Part shown: positions 10,047 to 21,541 of the stretch, in pieces | Numbering within the stretch: position 1 is the first letter of the stretch | How the letters are laid out: each line of letters begins with the position of its first letter | Virus record (IMG/VR): IMGVR_UViG_3300027780_001580 | Location: 1-64,000 of that record | DNA length: 64,000 nucleotides | Reading direction: 5' to 3' (one strand) | Source of the DNA: a virus | Taxonomy: Duplodnaviria; Caudoviricetes | Notes under the pieces: generated by a model | Seen by the model: the letters and a program-made list of their open reading frames with translations, nothing else | What the model was told of the DNA's origin: nothing | The model's database searches: none | Translations under genes and position numbers: made by a program

Positions 10047-13000
10047 TTAACTCAATATAAACTGTTGCATCGCTACAGGGCCGCCGCTGACGCCGCCTGT
10101 GAAATGCATCTGTGCTGTTGTATTTATTAATACTCCGGTAGTTGTTGTAATCGTATTACCTTGAATATTGATAACACCAGCTGTTACACTATTTACGTTC
10201 AATTCTGACGCTCCTCCACCAATTTGGCTAGTAATATATGTCTTAATAGCTTTTTGGGTTGGAACAATATTGTCACTATTTGCAGTAAATGTACCGTCTG
10301 TACTAAATTCGTTAATTGTTGCACCAGCACCGCCAAGTGCTACTGCTCCAAGTTGTAGTTCTTGTAGTCCTGAAATACTAAACGCATCAGCATTTAGTGT
10401 TGCAATACCAGTTGCCTGTTCAACACTGAACAAATCACCTACTCTAAAGTTACCATCTTGGTCTGTACTTGTAAAGAATACTCTTCCTCCACCGCCTTCT
10501 ACAGCTTCATCTAATGGATCTGCCGCAGTAGTTGGTGTACCTGGATAGTTAGTAGTAGTAAATCCGCCTGTACCAATGTCTAGATAATCGTGTCCTGTTA
10601 ATCTACATTGTGAATATCTAATTCTCATTTCAATATTGTCACCGTGTACTGGACTATCATCTAGTGCCATATTTGGTGATATCTGTAATAATGCCGAGTA
10701 TGGTGAACTACCTGTTAATTGCGTAACACTAACTAGTTTAAAGAATGTTCCTGGAATACTAGCAAACTCAACGTTAGCACCTGCTTGTGGAATACTTTCC
10801 ATTCCCTCAACTTGCATGTACTTGCCGTCTTGTTTAGCATCTCTGTAACCTGCTCCGAATCCAATAGTACCGTTAGCAACATATGGGCTACCATTTGTAA
10901 GTACTGCTGGAAATAGTAACAAATAATCTAAGTAAAGTTGTAATGTGTTACCATCAACAACTTTTACATAGTAGCTGTTACCGTTAACTTGTGATGTTCC
11001 GCCAACTGCACTAATATTTACTTTATCGCCTGCAAGTAAACCATGTGTTGCAACAGTAATATTTAATATGCCTACTCCGCCATTAGTTGGTAAACTTGTA
11101 AGTCCGTTAATTAACCCTTCGTTAATAATATCAATGTGTTCACCTGCTAGTGTAATAGCAGTTGCTTCACCGTTGTTACCATTTGTAGTTTGCGTAGTTA
11201 CAACTGGACTTTGTAGAGTTGTATATGCAGAGTTAGCTAAAATTTTAGTAGTAATTAATGTTCTCAAAAACTCATAAGCCGCTAGTGCTTGACCTTGTCT
11301 GCCTGGCATTGATGAATTACCACCAATCCAATATGTTCTAGCATGTTTAATAGTTTCTTTAGTTCCGCCAAACTTAGCATCATGTGCTAGTGCATCAACA
11401 TAATCATCTACATTTGATTCCCATGTAGCTTTATCGTATGTAAAGGCATCCCATAATGAGCTACCAACAGCCGCGTTTGCAATTTGATTTTCAACATATG
11501 CAATAACTTCGTCTTTGATAAATTCTTTGTTTGCATTATACAATATATAAGCAAACGGATTAGCAGTAAATGTTAAGCCTGTAATATCTTTCTCATATCC
11601 TGCATCAACAACTGCCGCTGTTGCCGTTGTCCAACCTGTTCCTCTTGAAGCAAATACTGGTTGTCCAAGTACACCGTCACCTAAGAATACTTCCAATGGA
11701 GCATCTAGTGTGTTGTTTGGATCAATAAATGTTACTGTTGGAGGTGTTGTATAAGAAGCACCCGGATGGATAATTCTTATTTCACTAATTTTTCCATCTG
11801 CAACTTTTGCTCTTGCAATCGCTTGTGCTATTGCTGTTGATCCATCATTTTGTGGAGCACCAATAACAACTCTTGGTTCAATACTATAAGTTGATGTATT
11901 ATCTAGTTCAGCTTCAACTACTTGTCCTGAAACAGTAGTGTCCCATCCTGCACTATCATCACTGTATTTTTTAATTGTCGCAATCTTTGTACCTGCGTTA
12001 TATGAGTCAATATACCCATATTGTCCAGCACCCTTGCCGCCAACAATAAACAATGCTAATCCTGTGTATGCCGCACTAAGTGAAGCATCAGTGTTAGATA
12101 TTGTGATACTTGTAGTATTGCCAGTTTGTGGTACGTTTGTTGCAGTTTTATAATCAGCGCCACCAAATGTTTCAGCAGTTCCTGTTAGTCTAATTTCCAT
12201 AACACCACCACTAACTATTGTTGGTGCTAATCCTGTAATTCCGTAACCGTCACCTGTATAGCCAATTGTTGTGTTAGCAACTACGTATTCTCTACCTGCA
12301 TGTAAATACTCGTTGTGTATAATTCCTGCGTTGTTAGTTACAACTGCACCAATTACCGCATCAAAACTTCTGTTATCAACTGTTGCTTTAATAGCTGTTT
12401 CTGTTAAGTCAACCCCTTCAGCTACAGTACCAAAGTCACCGTATGAACTGTTACCGTTAGTAGCACGTATCTTACCGCCTTGTTCTGCAAGATAACCAAT
12501 GTGTCCGTAGTATGAGAACACGGAAACAAGCTCTGCTCTTCCTAAGTTAGTAACCCATGCACCAATACCTTCGTCAAGTACTTGTGTAAAGTCGTTGGCA
12601 ACAATCGAATCGTTACCGCCGTTATGGATATCTCCATCAACTTTTAGACCAACACATCTACTACCAAATGTTGTTACGTTTTGTACATATGGCGAACGTG
12701 TAATAATCCACGCATCTTCATCGTCTGGTCCCCAACTTGGGTTTAATGAACAAAATGCACCTGCTGTTGGACGTTTAGTTCCATATGCGTTTGCCGCTCC
12801 TAGTGTTCCTGTTAATCCTTTAATAGTACAGTTTCTTAATCCTGTGCCGTTTTCTAAATAGAACATGTCTTCTGTAAGCGATCCGTTAACAGCATTACTA
12901 AACCATCTACCCATAAGTGTTGAGTAATAGTTACCGTAGTTTTCTAAATCCCAAATAACTGCTTTTACATATTCTCTTAAATCTCTTTTACACTTGCTTT

Positions 13001-16000
13001 GGTTTACTGCCGAAGCTATTGATTCTTGGAAGTCTTTTGTTAGTGTAGCTTGAATAAATTCAAACCCTTCATCAACTAAGAATTCTAAGTTAGCGTAAAT
13101 TTTTCCTCTAGTGTCAGTGTAAGCGGCATCTACTCGTCTACCAACCTGTCCTGTAATTGTTGGTAATGTACCTACTCCGTTAACTTTGTTGTTAATGTAA
13201 TCATGAATATCTGCAAATAATAACTCAGCTGTTGTAACAGCCGCCGCAGTTCCTGCTGGTACTGCAACATTTTGTGTAGCTATATTGCCAAGTGCAATAC
13301 TTGCAACATCCATTGTAAAGTTAGCGGCACCGCCACCTCCTAATACTGAATCATTAAGTGTAATTGTATCGTTAATTGCATGTCCTGAACCAGATGTAAC
13401 AATAATAACGCTTGATACATCGCCGCCGGAGCCAACAATAACGTCAAATGTACCTACTGTACCTGAACCTGCACTTGCTCCAGTTACACCGTTATATGTA
13501 CCTGCAGTTCTACTTGCATCTGCCGCACTAAATGTATCCATTGTTAAGTGACCACCTGCTGGTGTTCTAGTTATAGCATTGTTTAGAATTGCATCTGAAA
13601 GTACTGCTTTGATTCTGTTTATAGCCGCTATAGTTAATTCTGCATCAGCTACGTTAGTTGGTCCTGCTGTTGAAGCACTAATTTCTGTACTACGTAATTC
13701 GTCACCAACAACTGCTGTATCTGCAGGAACAATAATTGGAAGTATTTCTGTATACTGTCCTGTTTTAACAAATAGTGTTACATTTGGTTTAACTTTTTTC
13801 GCTAAAGTTGTAATGTTACCAGCTGTAATAGTACCAGTAACTAATAGTGTTAGTGCGTTAGCTACAGTAGCAATATTTGGTTCTGCAGTTTTAGTAGCAT
13901 CTGTAACTTGTGCTACAGGTGCCGCAACACTATTTAACGTTGCATAGTTTACTGCTGGTGCTAAGTTTGTAATAATGTTTGGCAGTAAGCTCATTGCGTA
14001 ATTAACTACTGCATTAGTTTCTGCTTGTTGTCCTGCAACATAGTTTGCACCTGCTGGTGAAATATAAGATATTGCAACTTCACGCATTCTTACGTTTCCG
14101 CCGTGTCTTAGATCCCATAGTAATGCGTCTAAAATAATTCCAATGTCTCTACGACACTTGACTGCACTATATGTATATGCACTTGTAAATGGAGCAGTAT
14201 TATTTGCAATACTATGTGTAATAAACTCCATTGCTTGTTCTTGAATAAACTGTTTGTTACGTTCAACTAGGTACGTTGCATCTGGGTTACGAGGACCTTT
14301 ACGTATTTGGTCTGCCGCCCATCTTGTTGAAAAGAAAGGCTTATCAATTGTTACACCGTATGCTGGTGCAAATCCGTCAACGCCGCTTCTACCAACATAG
14401 TAAACTTGATCTAACTGGCCAAAGTATGCCCATTCAGGAGCATTGCCAGCAGTATTAACTTTAAGTACTTGTCCATCTTTACCAATTGGTAATCTAGCTG
14501 GACCACTACCACCGTAGTAAACTAAGTCACCAGCGGTTGTTAAGTTTCCTGATTCAACACCACCGGATATTAAGTTCCAGTAATCGCCAGCTACATCTTG
14601 ATCTGGTCTGTTTTGTACTGATACTTGATCTGATGTGTGTGCTTGTATACAAATATATGAGTTAGTATTGTTAATACCTCTAACAGTATCACCTAAATCA
14701 TAGTATGCCGCGTTAGCCCAAGCATCCTTCCAACTCATACCTTCGTTGAGTCTATCCCAATAAGTTACGTTTGGTGGTCTGTTGCCTGTACTATCTTGAA
14801 TAGTAATATATGTGTAACCGCCAACTCTAACAACATCACCTACTTTGTAAGCTGTTGAATTATTGTAGTTACCTTTTAAACTAAATCCTGTTGTAAATAA
14901 ATCCCAAGTTGCCGCGTTACCAAAAGGAACAACGCCATTGTTATTTGCTTTTGCAATATAAGAATAACCACCGTAAGTAACAAAGTCACCAATTTGGTAT
15001 GCTGTAGCAGTTGCCCAACTGTCTTCAAATTCTAAACCTGGAACAAACTGTTGCCACTGAGTTGAAGTTTCAATAGTAGCAATTCTAAATGTAAATGAAG
15101 TTCCTAAGCCGCCAATACTTGCTGGACTAACTGTAATTATATTTGCAACTGCGTGACCTTGACCACCTTTAACAACTGTAATTGTTGCCGCTCCAGAGCC
15201 GTCAATAACAACATTAAATCTATGTCCAGTTCCTGAACCGTTTGATGTTCCTGTAATATCTCTGTAAGTTCCAGCTACTCTGTCTGTGTCTGCCGCACTA
15301 ATTGTATCAATTGTTACAATGTGTCCTGCACTTTCAACATCGTCTGTTAAGCTAGTTGCACTTGATGTATGTTCATGTGTGTTAATCCAAAGACCACCAC
15401 CATACTTAACAACATCATTAAGTTTGTATCGTGTATTAATTGCATGTACTGATTTGTATTCAATGCCGTCATGTACAATATCCCACTTGCTTTGATCAGA
15501 TTCTAAACCTTCTCCAGCCGCCGCATTTGATAAATGACCTTCATTACAAATATATAGTTTTCCGCCATACTTAACTGTGTCTTGGCGTTTATATCTTGTT
15601 GCTACTGACCAGTTTGTTTTCCAATCCATGCCTTTTGAGAAAATATCCCACTTAGCTTGGTCTTTTTCTAAACCGTCTGTGTCTGAAGCTACAGATAGAG
15701 CTGACGTGTGTGCAGTATTAGCAATATATAAATTACCACCATACTTAACAATGTCATTGATTTTGTAAACTGTAGCAATAGTCCAGTTAGATTTCCAATC
15801 AAATCCTTCAGCAAATATATCCCATTTAGCTTGGTCAGTTTCTAATATTCCTGCAACGTCATCTGACACTGAACCATCTGCTGATGATGTGTGAGAAGTG
15901 TTACAAATATATAGCTGTCCGCCATACTTAACAATATCGTTTTGCTTGTAAAGATAATTAGTTGTCCATGACCCGTTCCAAGCACTACCGTCTGTAAACA

Positions 16001-16172
16001 GTTGCCACTTTGCTGTATCATCAGTGGAAAAAAGTGCAGATGAAGTATGCCCAACGTTACAGAAGTAAGTTCTTCCGCCTTGTCTAATAATATCGTCTTT
16101 GTAGTATACAGTACCGGTTACCCAAGCACCTTTCCATACAAACCTAATTCTACCTAGTTTAAATTCTGCCAT
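10047..16172 (-). CDS. Giant tail fibre/virion protein with N-terminal Trp/Tyr repeats and a beta-helix-like domain
   Basis: 2041 aa. Tandem W..T.Y..NDIVKYGG..YIC repeats (CBM5/12-like), YYV..G.D...PF / VGDELRST beta-helix entry, and a C-terminus conserved with 16214-21541. Confidence 0.75.
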   Translation of the reverse strand: MAEFKLGRIRFVWKGAWVTGTVYYKDDIIRQGGRTYFCNVGHTSSALFSTDDTAKWQLFTDGSAWNGSWTTNYLYKQNDIVKYGGQLYICNTSHTSSADGSVSDDVAGILETDQAKWDIFAEGFDWKSNWTIATVYKINDIVKYGGNLYIANTAHTSALSVASDTDGLEKDQAKWDIFSKGMDWKTNWSVATRYKRQDTVKYGGKLYICNEGHLSNAAAGEGLESDQSKWDIVHDGIEYKSVHAINTRYKLNDVVKYGGGLWINTHEHTSSATSLTDDVESAGHIVTIDTISAADTDRVAGTYRDITGTSNGSGTGHRFNVVIDGSGAATITVVKGGQGHAVANIITVSPASIGGLGTSFTFRIATIETSTQWQQFVPGLEFEDSWATATAYQIGDFVTYGGYSYIAKANNNGVVPFGNAATWDLFTTGFSLKGNYNNSTAYKVGDVVRVGGYTYITIQDSTGNRPPNVTYWDRLNEGMSWKDAWANAAYYDLGDTVRGINNTNSYICIQAHTSDQVSVQNRPDQDVAGDYWNLISGGVESGNLTTAGDLVYYGGSGPARLPIGKDGQVLKVNTAGNAPEWAYFGQLDQVYYVGRSGVDGFAPAYGVTIDKPFFSTRWAADQIRKGPRNPDATYLVERNKQFIQEQAMEFITHSIANNTAPFTSAYTYSAVKCRRDIGIILDALLWDLRHGGNVRMREVAISYISPAGANYVAGQQAETNAVVNYAMSLLPNIITNLAPAVNYATLNSVAAPVAQVTDATKTAEPNIATVANALTLLVTGTITAGNITTLAKKVKPNVTLFVKTGQYTEILPIIVPADTAVVGDELRSTEISASTAGPTNVADAELTIAAINRIKAVLSDAILNNAITRTPAGGHLTMDTFSAADASRTAGTYNGVTGASAGSGTVGTFDVIVGSGGDVSSVIIVTSGSGHAINDTITLNDSVLGGGGAANFTMDVASIALGNIATQNVAVPAGTAAAVTTAELLFADIHDYINNKVNGVGTLPTITGQVGRRVDAAYTDTRGKIYANLEFLVDEGFEFIQATLTKDFQESIASAVNQSKCKRDLREYVKAVIWDLENYGNYYSTLMGRWFSNAVNGSLTEDMFYLENGTGLRNCTIKGLTGTLGAANAYGTKRPTAGAFCSLNPSWGPDDEDAWIITRSPYVQNVTTFGSRCVGLKVDGDIHNGGNDSIVANDFTQVLDEGIGAWVTNLGRAELVSVFSYYGHIGYLAEQGGKIRATNGNSSYGDFGTVAEGVDLTETAIKATVDNRSFDAVIGAVVTNNAGIIHNEYLHAGREYVVANTTIGYTGDGYGITGLAPTIVSGGVMEIRLTGTAETFGGADYKTATNVPQTGNTTSITISNTDASLSAAYTGLALFIVGGKGAGQYGYIDSYNAGTKIATIKKYSDDSAGWDTTVSGQVVEAELDNTSTYSIEPRVVIGAPQNDGSTAIAQAIARAKVADGKISEIRIIHPGASYTTPPTVTFIDPNNTLDAPLEVFLGDGVLGQPVFASRGTGWTTATAAVVDAGYEKDITGLTFTANPFAYILYNANKEFIKDEVIAYVENQIANAAVGSSLWDAFTYDKATWESNVDDYVDALAHDAKFGGTKETIKHARTYWIGGNSSMPGRQGQALAAYEFLRTLITTKILANSAYTTLQSPVVTTQTTNGNNGEATAITLAGEHIDIINEGLINGLTSLPTNGGVGILNITVATHGLLAGDKVNISAVGGTSQVNGNSYYVKVVDGNTLQLYLDYLLLFPAVLTNGSPYVANGTIGFGAGYRDAKQDGKYMQVEGMESIPQAGANVEFASIPGTFFKLVSVTQLTGSSPYSALLQISPNMALDDSPVHGDNIEMRIRYSQCRLTGHDYLDIGTGGFTTTNYPGTPTTAADPLDEAVEGGGGRVFFTSTDQDGNFRVGDLFSVEQATGIATLNADAFSISGLQELQLGAVALGGAGATINEFSTDGTFTANSDNIVPTQKAIKTYITSQIGGGASELNVNSVTAGVINIQGNTITTTTGVLINTTAQMHFTGGVSGGPVAMQQFILS

Positions 16173-16213
16173 TTTTTCTTCCTACATGCATGTTATATGT
16201 ATTTATCATTTGC

Positions 16214-19200
16214 TTATATTCCCCCTGGACCATAACCGTTTTCTCCGCCATCATAAAACCCATCTGATCCTTCAAAATCATCTTGGCTTTCTGTTAGCAT
16301 CATGGTATCCATATTACCGTTAAAGAATGCCTGTGCCATCATCATACCACTTGGTATCTTGGTAAAATGCATTGGTACTGGAATATTAATAATTAGTCCA
16401 CCTGTGTTTGATATATGGTTTAAATCACTAAATTTACATGTACCAGCTGTAACAGAATTCGCCGCTACGTTTGATCCACCACCACTAATTCTACCCTGCA
16501 AGTATGCCGCAATAGCTTTTTGTGTTGGAACAATATTGTTACTATTAGCAACAAACGTTTGTTCTTTTGAGAACTCTCTAATTACAGCATTTGTGCCACC
16601 TAGTATAAATGCACCAAGTCTTAATTCATCTAGACCTTTTAAGTCAAACTGCGAAGCATTAATAGTAACAATACCTGTACTTTGTTCAACTTTAAATAGT
16701 TCACCTACTCTAAAGTTACCATCTTGGTCTGTAGAAGCGTAAAACACTCTACCGCCATTATACTCTTGAGCTTCGTATGATTGCTCTGGTGGATTAATAT
16801 TACCGTATCCATCTGTGTATAGTAATGGATAAGCAGTATCACCAAAGTTACCTGTACCAATGTCTAAGAAGTCATGGAATGTTAAACGTACCTGACTATA
16901 GTTCTGTCTAATGTTTGCTGGTACAGCATGTTCAGGCGACTCTTGTACGCCCATATTAGGACTTATTGTAAGTTTTGCTGTTGCATTTGGAGCCGCTCCA
17001 GTTAATACTGTAGCAGTACCCACTTTATAAATTACATCGTTGATGCCGTCAATTCTAAAGTTATCACCTGGACTTGGTATTAGTGTTAAAGCATTAACAA
17101 TAATTTCTCCACCAATTTGGAATAAGTCTGCATAACCATCTCCAGTAATTACTACCTGGTTAAATTTAGTGTATGCCGCACCTCTATTATTAAAGTGAGG
17201 TTGACCTAATACTTTGTTTTTAATTCTAACTGTGTATGTTACTTCTGTAGTTTTCTGTGTATCATGAATATGAAGACTTGGTGGAACACCTAGTGTATAA
17301 CCACTGCCAACATCTGTCATTGTAAACGCATTTACTCGTCCAGCTACTACAGGAAACGCTCTCATTCTTGCTCTTGCACCAAACTTAATTGCCGCAATAT
17401 TTGCCGTTGCTGTAGCTGGGCAAATCATAAATCTTGGACCACTAGTCATTTGTAAAACACTAATCTTTTGTCTATAGTTTTGAGCATTTAGTAACGGAAT
17501 TGCTGTTTTACTATTCCATATGTTTCCACCGTCACTATATAAAATGTCACCCTGTATACTAATTGCCATAAACAATCCGTCACTGAATGCAAGTCCCCAT
17601 ATTCTTGTATTAACGTTGTTTGGATCTGTTACTTCAGTCCAGACTGAATTTAATGCACCTGTTGCTAGGTCAGTAAAGCTAATAAAGAACGTTGATGCTA
17701 AACCAAATATACCTGTTGTAGCACTAGTTGCCGCACTAATCATTGTAGTTGATGGATCGAATGGAAAAACCGCAGTTCCGTTTGGTTGTGCCGCTGTTAC
17801 AAATCTACCATTACCAAATGCAAACCCTGTAACATTATATGTTATTGGGCAAACTCTAGTTGCAGTAGTCCATGATGCACCGTTATTAACACTTTCAATA
17901 GCAGTTCCATCTTCTTTAACAATCATCCACTTACCATTTCCGTAAGCTATAAATTTTTGTCCTGTTCCAAATCCTGTATTAGCATAAGTCCAAGTAGTTC
18001 CGTCTGTTGTACTAATTGCAATCTCATCACTATCGTCTGCCATACCAATTACAGTATGTGATGTTGCGTTGTAAGGACCTTCAACTACTTGTACGTAGTT
18101 GTGTGTGTTAATAGTATACGCTGTCGAACCCCATGCTGTACCAGCAGTTGATAAGTTAACTTTATTACCATTACCTAATGCAATGAAATAACCTAATTTA
18201 CCTTTACACTTAACAATACATGTTGGAGCTATAAAGCCAGCATCAACTGCCGCCGCTGTCCATTGATTGCCTTCTGCATTACTATAAATTGCTTTATCAG
18301 TTCCACTAACTGGAAATGCAACCATTGTTGTTCCTGTTGCAGAAAACGCATCGTGCCATGCTGTTGTTCCGTATCCTGTAGCAAATCCTTCTTCAGCATA
18401 TGGTGGAGCATCAACTTCAACTCTTGACTCAATTCTATATGTAGTTGATCCGTCTAGTACTCCTGAAATAGGCCATCCTGGAACTATATGATCCCAACCA
18501 CGCTTGCCATCTGACTCGCGAAGTATATTCATTTTTTTAGTTGTAGGAAAGTATTCATCAATAATACCAAATTGCCCAACGCCTTCGCCTTCTTCAATAA
18601 TAATTTTCATTGACTCTGTGATGCCGGAAACATTGAATACTAAATTAGCACCGCCAAAGTTACCAATATCACTATCAAGAATTGTAATTTGATCTCCAAG
18701 TCTATGACTATGTCCGCCACCTGTAACTGTAACTGTTGCCTCTCCAGATCCATTAACTCCAACTGTAAATGTTCCAACAGTTGATAGTGCAAATGGATTA
18801 TTTGAAGTTGCTGTAACACCGGTGTAAGTGTAAGGAGCATCTTCTACATTTCCAACTCTACCTGCGTCTGCCGCACTTATTCCGTTAACAGCACTTATAG
18901 CTCTGCCAACGTAATATGCTGGAGTGTTAGCATCTGCTTGTGCAATAGTAATTGAAATAGTATCTCCACTCTGTGCAGAGTTTCTTACACCGGTAATATG
19001 TCCTCTACCACCTGGTGTACTTGAATCACCTGGATCCATTAATCTAACTTCACTAATAGCACCGTTTCTTGTATCAACTGATGTATTGTCAACACTAACT
19101 CCAGCACCTGATCCTGTAACAGCAAATGTTGCAGTTTTATAATTTTCGCCAGCGTGTGTAAATCCTAATCCAAAAATCTGGTTAGCATTACTATAAACAA

Positions 19201-21541
19201 CTGGTGCTTTTGCATCATAATATCTGTTATTAATAGTTGCTGTAATTGGAGTTTCACTTACTAATTCACCTTCGGCAAATGATCCATATTTTCCGTATGA
19301 GTTGTTACCGTTAGTAGCACGTAGTTTACCACCTGATGTACAATAGTAACCAATATGACAGTAATATGTAAACACTGATACAAGCTCTGCTCTACCATCT
19401 TTGTTAGCCCATACACCAATGCCGTCACTAATAACTTGTGTAAAGTCGTTTGCAACAATAGATTTATTACCACCGTTGTGTAGTGCGCCATCAATTTTTA
19501 ATCCAACACATGCACTACCAATTGTTGTTACGTTTTGTACGTATGTTGATTTAGTTGTGATCCAAACACTTGTATCTGCTGGACCCGAACCCGGATCAAG
19601 TGCAACAAATGACCCACCTACTGGAACCTGGGCGCCATATGTATCTGGACTTCCTAGTATACCTTTTAACCCTTCAAGAGTCATGTTTCTAATTCCACAG
19701 CCATTTCTAACTTGGAACATATCGTAATCAGCATCAAATCCTTCTGCTGGTTTTATCGTAGTACTTCTTAATTCGTCTCCAACAATAGCAACGCCTGCTG
19801 GTACTTTAATAGGAAGAATTTCTTCATAAATTCCTGTACTAACAAAAATTGTAGCTGGTGCTCTAGCCGCTTCGTCTGCTAGAATATATTGCGTAGCGTA
19901 TTTAATTGATGCAAATGGGCTTGTCGGTGCAAGTCCTGCTCCTGCGGCATCTACTCCAGTTGTTGCAACATAAAATATTTTAGCTTGTTGCCCCAATGCT
20001 TCCCAAGCGTTTGTTCCACTAACAACCTTAAACGCATCACCTGGACTTCCAATAGCACGTCTTAAATGAGCTGTACCATTGTGAGTTCTTAGGTCACCTC
20101 TGTACTCCATTACGTTGCCTGGAGATCCTTGAATATGTTTAGTCCAATAACTGTTTGTTGCATCTAGCGACGGTTCAACTAGTGACGAATCATCACCTTC
20201 GTGTGCTTGTATACACTTCCACGTTGTTCCTGCTTGTACTACAATATCACCTAATACATAATCAACGGTAGTTTTCCATTCACCTTTATAAGCATTACCA
20301 GTAATTAACAACTGCCAGTACAATGAGTACCCGCCGTTTGCACTTCTAGTTTCGCCTGGATCGTAATAGTTTGCACTTTCTGGATCTAATGAATCAGGTT
20401 GTTGATTAAGACTGTCTTGGACAGCAATATAAACCCAACCACTATTTCTAACTACATCACCAGTTTTATAATTTTCTGCGGCATCCCAGGCGCCCTTAAA
20501 AGCATAGCCTGTGATTAATAATTCCCAATCGTACAGTCCTTGTAAACTTTCACCTTCGTAGAATACACCTGTTACACTTGGCGCACTACCTAAGTTGTTT
20601 GTCATTGATGTGTATGTGTATCCACCGTAACGAACAATGTCACCTGGTTGGTAACTTGTAGCATTATCCCATTCAGCTTCAAATCCTAAACCTGGCATCC
20701 AAATATCAAAGTTTGCTTCTGCAAAGCTCGCTAATGAAGTGTGAGCAGTTTTACATCTCCAAACAGTTGGACCGTATTTAACTAGGTCTCCAACTTTATA
20801 TCTTACGCCAGATGAATCACCGTTGTCTTGCCAGTAGCCTTTATAATCAATACCACTTAGCACAACGTCCCACTTAGTATCATCTTGTTCCAAGCCTAGT
20901 GTTGTTGTTGCCGCTGAAGTATGTCCTTCATTACATCTGTAAACAATAGCACCGTATTTTACAACATCATCTACTGTGTAACGTGTACTAGGAGCCCAAT
21001 CAATTCTAAAATTATTTCCTTTGAATACAACAGTCCATGAAGCTTGGTTTTGTTCTAGTCCTGCTGATATTGAAGATGATGTGTGTTCAGTAACGCATTT
21101 GTAAACAACGCCATTGTAACGTACTACATCATTAAATCTATATCTTGTTAGTGGTCCCCATTGTGATCTCCAATCTGGAGTATATGCGTATCCAATAACT
21201 TTATCAATGTCATTAGTAATACCGTCAGTGGCACTAGTACCTGATACATGCTCTTCAGTAACACGATAAATTGTAGCATTGTACTTGAATAAATCATTAA
21301 CTCTATATCTTGTTTCAACAGCCCAGTTACCTTTCCACTGATAACCGTCTCCCATTAGCAACCATTTAGGTGTTGCATAGCCTAGGTCTGTAGTGAAAGA
21401 AGTTTGGTCTGATAAGTGGCCTTCCATACAAACATAAGTGTTACCACCATGTCGTACAATATCATCTTTAATGTAAGTTGCACCTGCAAGCCAAACATTT
21501 TTCCAAGTATATCTTATTCGTGCTAGATTAAATTCAGCCAT
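16214..21541 (-). CDS. Giant tail fibre/virion protein, paralog of 10047-16172
   Basis: 1775 aa. Same MAEF.L.RIR..WK start and repeat architecture, shared IVANDFTQV, RAELVSVF and STDQDGNFRVG blocks, plus a propeller-like insert. Confidence 0.75.
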   Translation of the reverse strand: MAEFNLARIRYTWKNVWLAGATYIKDDIVRHGGNTYVCMEGHLSDQTSFTTDLGYATPKWLLMGDGYQWKGNWAVETRYRVNDLFKYNATIYRVTEEHVSGTSATDGITNDIDKVIGYAYTPDWRSQWGPLTRYRFNDVVRYNGVVYKCVTEHTSSSISAGLEQNQASWTVVFKGNNFRIDWAPSTRYTVDDVVKYGAIVYRCNEGHTSAATTTLGLEQDDTKWDVVLSGIDYKGYWQDNGDSSGVRYKVGDLVKYGPTVWRCKTAHTSLASFAEANFDIWMPGLGFEAEWDNATSYQPGDIVRYGGYTYTSMTNNLGSAPSVTGVFYEGESLQGLYDWELLITGYAFKGAWDAAENYKTGDVVRNSGWVYIAVQDSLNQQPDSLDPESANYYDPGETRSANGGYSLYWQLLITGNAYKGEWKTTVDYVLGDIVVQAGTTWKCIQAHEGDDSSLVEPSLDATNSYWTKHIQGSPGNVMEYRGDLRTHNGTAHLRRAIGSPGDAFKVVSGTNAWEALGQQAKIFYVATTGVDAAGAGLAPTSPFASIKYATQYILADEAARAPATIFVSTGIYEEILPIKVPAGVAIVGDELRSTTIKPAEGFDADYDMFQVRNGCGIRNMTLEGLKGILGSPDTYGAQVPVGGSFVALDPGSGPADTSVWITTKSTYVQNVTTIGSACVGLKIDGALHNGGNKSIVANDFTQVISDGIGVWANKDGRAELVSVFTYYCHIGYYCTSGGKLRATNGNNSYGKYGSFAEGELVSETPITATINNRYYDAKAPVVYSNANQIFGLGFTHAGENYKTATFAVTGSGAGVSVDNTSVDTRNGAISEVRLMDPGDSSTPGGRGHITGVRNSAQSGDTISITIAQADANTPAYYVGRAISAVNGISAADAGRVGNVEDAPYTYTGVTATSNNPFALSTVGTFTVGVNGSGEATVTVTGGGHSHRLGDQITILDSDIGNFGGANLVFNVSGITESMKIIIEEGEGVGQFGIIDEYFPTTKKMNILRESDGKRGWDHIVPGWPISGVLDGSTTYRIESRVEVDAPPYAEEGFATGYGTTAWHDAFSATGTTMVAFPVSGTDKAIYSNAEGNQWTAAAVDAGFIAPTCIVKCKGKLGYFIALGNGNKVNLSTAGTAWGSTAYTINTHNYVQVVEGPYNATSHTVIGMADDSDEIAISTTDGTTWTYANTGFGTGQKFIAYGNGKWMIVKEDGTAIESVNNGASWTTATRVCPITYNVTGFAFGNGRFVTAAQPNGTAVFPFDPSTTMISAATSATTGIFGLASTFFISFTDLATGALNSVWTEVTDPNNVNTRIWGLAFSDGLFMAISIQGDILYSDGGNIWNSKTAIPLLNAQNYRQKISVLQMTSGPRFMICPATATANIAAIKFGARARMRAFPVVAGRVNAFTMTDVGSGYTLGVPPSLHIHDTQKTTEVTYTVRIKNKVLGQPHFNNRGAAYTKFNQVVITGDGYADLFQIGGEIIVNALTLIPSPGDNFRIDGINDVIYKVGTATVLTGAAPNATAKLTISPNMGVQESPEHAVPANIRQNYSQVRLTFHDFLDIGTGNFGDTAYPLLYTDGYGNINPPEQSYEAQEYNGGRVFYASTDQDGNFRVGELFKVEQSTGIVTINASQFDLKGLDELRLGAFILGGTNAVIREFSKEQTFVANSNNIVPTQKAIAAYLQGRISGGGSNVAANSVTAGTCKFSDLNHISNTGGLIINIPVPMHFTKIPSGMMMAQAFFNGNMDTMMLTESQDDFEGSDGFYDGGENGYGPGGI

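Noticed and set aside
14400-16172. Repeats in fibre genes as a CRISPR array or DGR template/variable pair
   Set aside because: They are degenerate protein-level repeats, with no constant repeat-spacer pattern, no adenine-specific mismatch pair and no reverse transcriptase in the window.
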